Below, piece by piece: positions 25,748 to 32,000 of a DNA stretch of 32,000 bases. Both the position numbers and the translations under genes were made by a program. Source of the stretch: Propionibacterium freudenreichii subsp. freudenreichii (GTDB lineage: Bacteria; Actinomycetota; Actinomycetes; Propionibacteriales; Propionibacteriaceae); contig NZ_CP010341.1 of the NCBI RefSeq assembly GCF_000940845.1, positions 1,710,001-1,742,000 on the forward strand. Direction: 5' to 3'. A model generated the notes under the pieces. That model had not been told where the DNA came from and did no database searches. It saw nothing but the letters and a program-made list of their open reading frames with translations. Every line of letters begins with the position of its first letter. Position 1 is the first letter of the stretch.

Positions 25748-25903
25748 GCCCTCACGCTAATGCCCCCGCGCCCGCGCGTCACCTGTGCCCCGAGGTGTGT
25801 GTCCGCCGCCGGCGCCGCGGACGCGAGGGGCACCCCCCGGAACGGGCAACGCCGCGTGTCCATCCGTGACACGACGCGTGTCCTCGCGCGCGCTCCTGAC
25901 AGG

Positions 25904-25909
25904 TAGCCT
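25904..25909 (+). promoter_or_regulatory. -10-like hexamer TAGCCT placed 6 nt before an in-frame GTG (25916)
   Basis: The local sequence reads tagcct-ttgtgc-GTG. The TTG at 25910 used by the ORF track would lie inside the promoter. Confidence 0.4.
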
Positions 25910-25915
25910 TTGTGC

Positions 25916-27205
25916 GTGAGCCCTCAAATGACATCGATCTTCCTCTCAAGGCTCCAGGGTCTGCCCGTGCTGGACGCATCGGGCGACCAGGTGGGCAAGG
26001 TGCGCGACTTCGTCTGCCAGTTCCGATCGCCGGGCCGATTACCCCGGGTCAAGGGCATGGTCGTCGACCTGCTGGCGGCCCGGCGCATCTACGTTCCGAT
26101 GGAGAGGGTCCATTCGGTGGACGCCAACCAGATTGCGCTGGCCGGCGTGATCGATGCGCGCCGTTTCGTGCAGCGTGACAACGAGACCCTGGTGTTCGAC
26201 GACCTGTTCGATCGGTCGGTGATCACCACCGAGGGCAAGTCGGCGACCATCTTCGATGTGGCCATGCGCCAGGTGCGCACCCGGCAGTGGGAACTCGTGG
26301 AGGTGGCCCTGCGCGAGCGGCTCCCCAAGCGTCCCTTCAGCTTCGCGAGCCGCAAGGGCAGCGTGTTCACCGCGCCGTGGACCGATATCGCCAGCACCGT
26401 GGCACGCGCCGACCAGGCCACCGACCAGAAGGTGGCGCAGCTGTCGGACATGCCCCCTGCCGACGTGGCCCGTGAGCTGCATGACATGGATCCCGGGCGG
26501 CGCGTCGAGGTGGCCGAGGCACTCGATGACGAACAGCTTGCCGACGCCTTCCAGGAGCTCCCCGAGTCGGAGCAGGTGTCCCTGCTGAGCCGCCTGGAGG
26601 TGGAGCGCGCCGCCGACGTGCTCGAGGAGATGGACCCCGACGACGCGGCCGACCTGATCAACGACCTGCCCACCGACTTCGCCGAGGACCTGCTGGAGCG
26701 CATGGAGCCCAAGGACGCTGCCGACGTGCGCAATCTGATGCAGTACGAGGACCTCACCGCCGGCGGCATGATGACCCCCGAACCGGTGGTGCTCGCCCCC
26801 GACGCCACCATCGCCGACGCCCTGGCGGCCGTGAGCCGCGAGGACGTGACCCCGGCAACAGCCTCCATGGTGTTCATCACCCGCCCACCCACCGACACGC
26901 CCTCCGGGCGCTATATCGGCGCGGTGCACAGCCAGCGACTGCTGCGCGAACCGCCTTCGGTGATGACCGCTTCGGTGATCGATGCCGACCTGCAACCACT
27001 GGCCCCCGACGCGGGCCTCTACCAGGTGAGCCGCTACTTCGCCACCTACAACCTCGTCATTGCACCGGTGGTCAACGCACGCGGCCAGCTCGTCGGCGCC
27101 GTGACCGTGGACGATGTGCTGGACCACATGCTGCCCGACGACTGGCGCGGCGTTCAGATGGACGGCATCCACCCCGATGACCAGAGCCGGGAGGCGGACG
27201 AATGA
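25916..27205 (+). CDS. PRC-barrel / MgtE N-terminal domain / CBS-pair protein lacking the MgtE membrane domain
   Basis: The N-terminus (FLSRLQGLPVLDASGDQVGKVRDFV) looks like a PRC barrel. An acidic helical MgtE_N-like region follows (DMPPADVARELHDMDP...VLEEMDPDDAADLINDLP...LLERMEPKDAADVRNLM), then a CBS pair (MMTPEPVVL...VVNARGQLVGAVTVDDVLD). There are no TM helices. The start is GTG 25916 (leaderless) or ATG 25928. Confidence 0.8.
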   Translation: MSPQMTSIFLSRLQGLPVLDASGDQVGKVRDFVCQFRSPGRLPRVKGMVVDLLAARRIYVPMERVHSVDANQIALAGVIDARRFVQRDNETLVFDDLFDRSVITTEGKSATIFDVAMRQVRTRQWELVEVALRERLPKRPFSFASRKGSVFTAPWTDIASTVARADQATDQKVAQLSDMPPADVARELHDMDPGRRVEVAEALDDEQLADAFQELPESEQVSLLSRLEVERAADVLEEMDPDDAADLINDLPTDFAEDLLERMEPKDAADVRNLMQYEDLTAGGMMTPEPVVLAPDATIADALAAVSREDVTPATASMVFITRPPTDTPSGRYIGAVHSQRLLREPPSVMTASVIDADLQPLAPDAGLYQVSRYFATYNLVIAPVVNARGQLVGAVTVDDVLDHMLPDDWRGVQMDGIHPDDQSREADE

Positions 27206-27765
27206 GCGACAACAGCTGGGCAGATGACCGACTCAACACGCCGGGCGACCGCACCCGGTTCAAGCGCCACCTGAAGAACCCCTTCACCGGCGACAGCTTC
27301 GGACAGTTCGCCGAATGGGTCGCCCGCTTCATGGGCAGCCCCGCGTTCCTGCTGTGGATGACCATCTTCGTGATCAGCTGGATCTCGTTGAATGTGCTGG
27401 GCAGCTGGCACCACTGGGACGCCTATCCATTCATCCTGCTCAACCTGGCCTTCTCCACCCAGGCCTCCTACTCGGCCCCCCTGATCCTGCTGGCGCAGAA
27501 CCGTCAGGAGGCACGTGACAAGTTGAGCCTGGAGGACGATCGCCGGGTCGCCGCCCAGTCGCGCGCCGACATGGACTTCCTGGCCCGCGAGATCGCCTCG
27601 CTGCGCGCCAGCGTCGGCGAGATGGCCACGCGTGATTTCGTGCGCTCCGAGCTGCGCGACCAGATCCGTGAGCTGATCGCCGAGCTGGAGGATTCCGATG
27701 ACGAGGCCGACGATGCGGCCTCCCAGGAGAGCTCCCACACCGACGCCTCCCCCGACGGTTCCTGA
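27202..27765 (+). CDS. DUF1003 domain-containing membrane protein
   Basis: The ATG overlaps the upstream stop (ATGA). There are two TM helices (FLLWMTIFVISWISLNVL and YPFILLNLAFSTQASYSAPLILLAQN). A coiled-coil and an acidic tail follow. Confidence 0.8.
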   Translation: MSDNSWADDRLNTPGDRTRFKRHLKNPFTGDSFGQFAEWVARFMGSPAFLLWMTIFVISWISLNVLGSWHHWDAYPFILLNLAFSTQASYSAPLILLAQNRQEARDKLSLEDDRRVAAQSRADMDFLAREIASLRASVGEMATRDFVRSELRDQIRELIAELEDSDDEADDAASQESSHTDASPDGS

Positions 27766-27908
27766 GCGTCCGGACCCCTCGGCGGGCCCGGAACCAAGGT
27801 CGTGGGATCTGCCCGGGGGCTCGGCGAACGTGCATCGCACGCCTGCGCGCGCAGGATAGTCGCCCGGAGATTTGAAATCCATGCATCCGGTGACGTAGAC
27901 ACGACTCT

Positions 27909-29066
27909 ATGAGCGATGCTGAAAACCCCCTGTTGCCCCAGATCAACGAGGCACTCACAACAGTCCAGGATCCTGAGATCCGCCGGCCGATCACTGACCT
28001 GGGCATGGTCGATGGGGTCAGCGTCGACGATCAGGGCAATGTGGACGTCAAGATCCTGCTGACCGTGGCCGGCTGTCCCCTGCAGACCACCATCCGCGGC
28101 GATGTGCAGAACGCCCTCGACAAGGTTGAGGGCGTCAAGGACGTGAACATCGAGTTGGGCACCATGAACGCCCAGCAACGCGAGGCCATGCGCAATACGC
28201 TGCGTGGCGGCGAGCCCGAGCACGAGATCACCTTCGCCCAGCCGGGCAACCTGACCCGCGTGCTGGCCGTTGCGTCCGGCAAGGGTGGCGTGGGCAAGAG
28301 CTCCGTCACCGTCAACCTGGCGCTGGCGCTGGCGCAGCGCGGGCTGAAGGTCGGCCTGCTGGACGCCGACATCTACGGACACTCGGTGCCCGACATGCTG
28401 GGCATCCCCGATGCGCATCCCACGGTCGTCGACGACATGATCATGCCGGTACCCGCCCTGGGCATCAGCTCGATCAGCATGGGCATGCTCAAGGAATCCC
28501 GCGATCAGGTGATCGCCTGGCGCGGGCCGATCCTGGACCGGGCCCTGACCCAGCTGCTGGCGGACGTCTACTGGGGCGACCTCGACTGGTTCCTCATCGA
28601 CCTGCCCCCCGGCACTGGTGATGTCGCCATGTCGATCGGCCAGAAGCTGCCCGGCTCCGACGTGATCGTCGTCACCACCCCGCAGGCCAATGTGGCCGAG
28701 GTGTCCGAGCGCGCCGGCACGATGGCCAACATGATGCACCAGCAGGTGATCGGCGTGGTGGAGAACATGAGCTACCTCGATTACACCTGCCCCAAGTGCG
28801 GCAACCACGACCACATCGAGCTGTTCGGTGCCGGCGGCGGCGCCCAGACGGCTGCGGCACTGACCGAGCGTGTCGGCCATTCGGTGCCCCTGCTCGGCCA
28901 GATCCCGATCGATCCGGTGATCAGCTCCGGCGGCGAGAGCGGTGATCCGGTGGTGCTGGCCGCCCCGGAGAACCCGAGCGCGAAGGCGATCACCACCCTG
29001 GCGGCGATGCTTGCGTCCAAGCCCAAGGGGCTGGCCGGCAAGCCGCTCAAGATGGCCGTGAAGTAA
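27909..29066 (+). CDS. mrp: Mrp/ApbC/NBP35 family Fe-S cluster carrier ATPase
   Basis: The N-terminal DUF59-like block reads VQDPEIRRPITDLGMV. The deviant Walker A is SGKGGVGKSS. A CPKCG motif is present. Confidence 0.9.
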   Translation: MSDAENPLLPQINEALTTVQDPEIRRPITDLGMVDGVSVDDQGNVDVKILLTVAGCPLQTTIRGDVQNALDKVEGVKDVNIELGTMNAQQREAMRNTLRGGEPEHEITFAQPGNLTRVLAVASGKGGVGKSSVTVNLALALAQRGLKVGLLDADIYGHSVPDMLGIPDAHPTVVDDMIMPVPALGISSISMGMLKESRDQVIAWRGPILDRALTQLLADVYWGDLDWFLIDLPPGTGDVAMSIGQKLPGSDVIVVTTPQANVAEVSERAGTMANMMHQQVIGVVENMSYLDYTCPKCGNHDHIELFGAGGGAQTAAALTERVGHSVPLLGQIPIDPVISSGGESGDPVVLAAPENPSAKAITTLAAMLASKPKGLAGKPLKMAVK

Positions 29067-29074
29067 CTTCCGCA

Positions 29075-29107
29075 ACACCAACACAGCAACGACACCAACA
29101 CAGCAAC
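29075..29107 (+). repeat. CA-rich tandem direct repeat ACACCAACACAGCAAC x2 (17-nt period) abutting the left arm of the terminator
   Basis: The copies at 29075-29090 and 29092-29107 are identical. Confidence 0.8.
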
Positions 29108-29152
29108 ACAGTGGAGGGGCCGGCGTCATGACGCCGGCCCCTCCACTGTGTT
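29105..29152. terminator. bidirectional terminator (perfect 48-nt palindrome)
   Basis: The sequence aacacagtggaggggccggcgtca|tgacgccggcccctccactgtgtt lies between convergent mrp (+) and tatB (-). Confidence 0.7.
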
Positions 29153-29177
29153 CATGATCACCGTGTTCATGATCACC
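29148..29177 (+). repeat. perfect 15-nt tandem duplication GTGTTCATGATCACC x2 overlapping the right arm of the terminator
   Basis: The copies at 29148-29162 and 29163-29177 are identical, and each contains the palindrome TGATCA. A degenerate third copy (gggttcacgcccacc) follows. Confidence 0.8.
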
Positions 29178-29247
29178 GGGTTCACGCCCACCGGCCTGAC
29201 GACCAGTTCAAGATCGTCACGCCCTGCGAGGAAGCCCCCGGGATGCC

Positions 29248-29697
29248 TCAGGTGGCCTCAAGATCGAAGCACAGCCCATAGCGGGCCCTCATCGAGGCGA
29301 CATCCGGGTCAACCGGCGCAGGGCTGTCTGCGTGGATCGCCGCACCGACGCCGGCCGACGCGGCGGCCACGTCCTCGCCGGCCATGTTGAGTTCGGTCTT
29401 CACCACGTTGAGGTCATCCTTGACCTCGCTGATCTGGTCCTGGATGTCGTCGAGCAGGTGCTTCTTCACGAAGGTCTTCGGGTTGAGGTCCTCCACCGTG
29501 AGGTCCTTGTACTCGGGCCCGAGCTCCTCCTTCAGCTGGGAGGTGGCGTCATTGGCGATATTTCGCACATAGAACACCACGCGAGCCGCCTTGCGGCTGA
29601 ACTCGGGGATGCGCTCGGGCCCGAAGAAGATGACGGCGAGCACCGCGAGGATGACGAACTCGCTCCCGTTGATGCCAAAGATGGCCAGAGGAACCAC
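29248..29697 (-). CDS. tatB: twin-arginine translocase subunit TatB
   Basis: The N-terminus VPLAIFGINGSEFVILAVLAVIFFGPERIPE is the TatA/B signature (TM helix plus FGP hinge). An amphipathic helix and an acidic tail follow. The start codon is GTG. Confidence 0.85.
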   Translation of the reverse strand: MVPLAIFGINGSEFVILAVLAVIFFGPERIPEFSRKAARVVFYVRNIANDATSQLKEELGPEYKDLTVEDLNPKTFVKKHLLDDIQDQISEVKDDLNVVKTELNMAGEDVAAASAGVGAAIHADSPAPVDPDVASMRARYGLCFDLEAT

Positions 29698-29703
29698 GCC
29701 ACA

Positions 29704-29709
29704 AGGCTA
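29704..29709 (-). promoter_or_regulatory. -10-like hexamer TAGCCT placed 6 nt before the tatB GTG (leaderless architecture)
   Basis: The minus strand reads TAGCCT-tgtggc-GTG. Confidence 0.4.
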
Positions 29710-29788
29710 GTCGCCGCACCGCCGGCAGACGAAGCGGCCACCGCCCCTCGGGACGCGCCGGGCCTCCCGTCCGCCACGGCGGGGGCGG

Positions 29789-30670
29789 CTACAGCTCGGC
29801 GGCGTCCAGGATCTTGCCGAAGGCCTGCGCCAATTCGGCGGGGGCCTCGCCGAGCGGGGCCCGGCAATGGCCCACCGGCATGCCCTGGTGCGCCAGGCCG
29901 GCCTTCACCATGAGACAGCCCTGGGTGGCGAAGACGCCGGTGAACACCGGCAGCAGCAGCCGGTGCAGGCGCAACGCCTCGGTCAGGTCCTGCGCGACGA
30001 AGGCGTCGATCATCTGGTGGGCGATGCGTCCGGTGAAGTGGGTGGAGGTGCCGACCAGGCCCACGCCACCCAGGGACATGAGCGGCAGGGTGATCGCGTC
30101 GTCGCCGGCGTAGTAGGCCAGGTCGGTCTGCGACATGACGATGCCGGAGGCGTCCAGGTCCTTCTTGGCATCCTTGACGGCCACGATGCGGGGATGACGC
30201 GCCAGCTGCAGCAGCGAATCGGTTTCGATGGCCCGGCCGCTGCGGTGCGGGATGTCGTAGAGCACCACCGGAAGGCTGGTGGAGTCGGCGATGGCCACGA
30301 AGTGGTCGATGATGGACGACTGCGGGGGTAGCGAATAGTACGGCGTCACCACCAGCAGCGCGTCGGCCCCGGCCTGCTCGGCCTGCTTGGCCAGCTCGAT
30401 GCTGTGCGCGGTGTCATTGGTGCCCACACCGGCGATGAGGTTCGCCCGGTCGCCGACCTCGGCCTTCACCGCCGCGAGGAGCTCGGCCTTCTCCCGATCG
30501 GTCGTGGTGGGCGATTCCCCCGTGGTGCCCGAGATGACCAGCCCGTCATTGGTCAGGTCGTCGACGAGGTGGGCGGCCAGGCGCTTGGCGCCGGGCAGGT
30601 CGAGGGACCCGTCGGCGTTGAAGGGGGTGACCATTGCGGTCAACATTCGGCCAAAGATCGGTTCAGTCAT
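29789..30670 (-). CDS. dapA: 4-hydroxy-tetrahydrodipicolinate synthase (DapA family)
   Basis: The start was moved to ATG 30670, which has GGAAGG upstream. Motifs include TAMVTPF, SGTTGESPT, TPYY, LYDIP.RSG and the Schiff-base Lys in IVAVKDA. Confidence 0.8.
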   Translation of the reverse strand: MTEPIFGRMLTAMVTPFNADGSLDLPGAKRLAAHLVDDLTNDGLVISGTTGESPTTTDREKAELLAAVKAEVGDRANLIAGVGTNDTAHSIELAKQAEQAGADALLVVTPYYSLPPQSSIIDHFVAIADSTSLPVVLYDIPHRSGRAIETDSLLQLARHPRIVAVKDAKKDLDASGIVMSQTDLAYYAGDDAITLPLMSLGGVGLVGTSTHFTGRIAHQMIDAFVAQDLTEALRLHRLLLPVFTGVFATQGCLMVKAGLAHQGMPVGHCRAPLGEAPAELAQAFGKILDAAEL

Positions 30671-30801
30671 CGTGTTTGCCTTCCGTACCTGTGGCACACC
30701 CGCTTGTGCCCCACCTTCTAGTGTTCCGCGTGCCTGCTCCGGGCCCGAATCAAGGGTCCGGCCATCTGCACGCACTTATACATGGTAGAGACATTGCCCG
30801 C

Positions 30802-30807
30802 TAGGCT
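30802..30807 (+). promoter_or_regulatory. -10-like hexamer TAGGCT placed 6 nt before the methyltransferase GTG (leaderless architecture)
   Basis: The local sequence reads taggct-gggcgc-GTG. Confidence 0.4.
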
Positions 30808-30813
30808 GGGCGC

Positions 30814-31479
30814 GTGACAGCGCCGCATAACCATAAGAATTCGCCTTCCGTCGACCTGGACGCGAGTTCCCTGGTCTTCGCCGATGACTTCGTGCCCATG
30901 TCCGAGGCCATCCGTGAGGCCCGTGACCAGGCCGTGTTGATGGGTGCACCCCAGCTCAGCAATGGGTCGTGCAGCACCCTGACGATGCTCACCCGGGCCA
31001 TCGGTGCCCAGGCGATCGTCGAGGTGGGTTCGGCGACCGGGGCCTCCGGGCTGGCCTTCTTCGCCGGCATGGGCGACTCCGGCGTGCTGACGTCGATCGA
31101 CCCCCAGTCGCAGTGGCAGCTCGAGGCCCGCAACGCATTCCTGTCGCGGAACATCCCGACCCGCCGGTTCCGCCTCATCCCGGGCCTGCCGCTGGACGTG
31201 CTGAACAACCTGCGCGACTCGGCCTACGACCTGGTGTTCATCAACGGTGACAAGCTCGAATACGTCGAGTACTTCGCGCAGGCCCAGCGGCTGCTGCGTC
31301 CCGGCGGCCTGATCGTGATCAACGACGCCCTGTGGCACAACAAGATCGCCGATCCCTCCAATGAGGACGATGAGACGGTGATCATCCGCGAGGCGCTGCA
31401 GTCGGTCACCGACACCGAGAACCTCACCACGGCCCTGCTACCGGTCGGCGATGGCCTGCTGGTGGCCGTGAGCGGCTGA
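30814..31479 (+). CDS. class I SAM-dependent O-methyltransferase (caffeoyl-CoA O-methyltransferase-like family)
   Basis: The 221 aa product has the SAM motif IVEVGSATGASGL, plus DLVFINGDK and GGLIVINDALW blocks. Confidence 0.8.
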   Translation: MTAPHNHKNSPSVDLDASSLVFADDFVPMSEAIREARDQAVLMGAPQLSNGSCSTLTMLTRAIGAQAIVEVGSATGASGLAFFAGMGDSGVLTSIDPQSQWQLEARNAFLSRNIPTRRFRLIPGLPLDVLNNLRDSAYDLVFINGDKLEYVEYFAQAQRLLRPGGLIVINDALWHNKIADPSNEDDETVIIREALQSVTDTENLTTALLPVGDGLLVAVSG

Positions 31480-31514
31480 GCACCGCACGCTCCACGAACG
31501 AGCACACCACACGA

Positions 31515-31556
31515 ACATGACTGTGGCCCCGGCAGCTGCCGGGGCCACAGTCATGT
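31515..31556. terminator. bidirectional terminator (perfect 42-nt palindrome)
   Basis: The sequence acatgactgtggccccggcag|ctgccggggccacagtcatgt lies between the convergent methyltransferase gene (+) and glgC (-). Confidence 0.7.
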
Positions 31557-31616
31557 GTGCACGCTGGTGCTGCGCCGGTCGCCGGCCGGAGCCATCGGCC
31601 GGCGTCCGGGCGCCCG

Positions 31617-32000
31617 CTAGAGCGGGTTGCCCTGTTCGGATCCGTCCTTGGTCACCACGAAGTCCTTCGGCACGACGGTGACACCGCCGGGGCTGACGGT
31701 GAGTCCGCGGCGCTCGTCGTCCTCGGGATCACTGCCGACATTGGTGCCCGGGGTGATCACGACGCCCTTGTCGAGGATGGCATTGCGCAGGATGCAGTCC
31801 TCCCCCACCTGTGCCTCCTCCATGAGCACGCAGCGGTCGATCGAGGCCCCCTTCTCCACGCGCACCTTCGGGCTGAGCACTGAATGGTCCACGTCGCCGC
31901 CGGAGATCACGCAACCGGGCGCGACCAGCGAGCTCTCCGCGTTGCCGTGCAGGGTGAACTTGGCGCCGGGGGCCTGCACCGAGTCGGCCCAGATGGGCCA
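31617..32000 (-). CDS. glgC: glucose-1-phosphate adenylyltransferase, C-terminal part (gene continues past the right edge)
   Basis: The minus-strand frame is open to the window edge. WPIWADSVQAPGAKF...SLVAPGCVISGGDVDHSVLSPKVRVEKGASIDRCVLMEEAQVGEDCILRNAILDKGVVI is the GlgC left-handed beta-helix domain. Confidence 0.88.
   Translation of the reverse strand, partial: WPIWADSVQAPGAKFTLHGNAESSLVAPGCVISGGDVDHSVLSPKVRVEKGASIDRCVLMEEAQVGEDCILRNAILDKGVVITPGTNVGSDPEDDERRGLTVSPGGVTVVPKDFVVTKDGSEQGNPL

Noticed and set aside
27504-29129. A 541-aa ORF on the minus strand spans the DUF1003 3' end and all of mrp.
   Set aside because: It is antisense to genes with unambiguous family motifs. Its product is low-complexity and rich in Arg, Gly, Ala and His, with no recognisable domain. 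This is a typical high-GC shadow ORF.
29148-29390. An 80-aa ORF starts inside the 15-nt tandem repeat (MFMITVFMITGF...).
   Set aside because: Its repetitive N-terminus is a by-product of the DNA duplication. The rest is antisense to the tatB 3' end and has shadow-frame composition.
1-32000. I searched for mobile elements, CRISPR arrays, tRNA or integration sites, toxin-antitoxin pairs, restriction-modification genes and other defence genes.
   Set aside because: I saw no transposase, integrase or recombinase-like ORF, no regularly spaced repeat array, no cloverleaf-like tRNA sequence and no inverted terminal repeats bracketing a gene block. Every sizeable ORF with good codon bias matches a housekeeping or conserved-hypothetical actinobacterial family.

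Overview
This is a high-GC actinobacterial chromosome segment. The SLH-domain wall protein and the gene order suggest a Propionibacteriaceae-like organism, but that taxon is a guess. The window reads as conserved core genome rather than an accessory island. I found no transposase, integrase, tRNA, CRISPR array, prophage or recognisable defence genes. Gene order is: pspA (partial, -), DUF3043 protein plus a coupled small acidic ORF (+), gcvT (-), sucB/dlaT-type E2 with a duplicated lipoyl domain (+), DUF4191 (+), ABC-F ATPase (+), glnA (+), lipoprotein (+), tetR (+), a DprE2-like SDR coupled to glnE (-), SCP-domain protein (+), glnA2 (-), two tandem DUF2510 membrane paralogs (+), map (+), SLH protein (-), RNase P RNA rnpB (-), COG1579 zinc-ribbon protein (-), pepP (+), YflT/GSP17M-like membrane protein (-), citE-like lyase (-), PRC/MgtE_N/CBS protein coupled to DUF1003 (+), mrp/apbC (+), tatB (-), dapA (-), O-methyltransferase (+), glgC (partial, -). 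Most convergent gene junctions (four of the five here) carry a long perfect-palindrome terminator. Most long antisense ORFs in the track are high-GC shadow ORFs, and the ORFs at 20785-21584 overlie rnpB. I cannot point to a clearly novel multi-gene system. The items most worth a second look are: (1) the tandem DUF2510 paralogs, whose 5' parts are near-identical and whose ectodomains have diverged; (2) the translationally coupled 'MgtE without its pore' plus DUF1003 pair; (3) a helically phased GnnAC pentamer array upstream of glnA, which resembles GlnR boxes; (4) an orphan DprE2-like reductase coupled to glnE; (5) a recurrent TAnnnT-N6-GTG leaderless-start architecture. All functional calls rest on by-eye motif recognition, and no database search was run.
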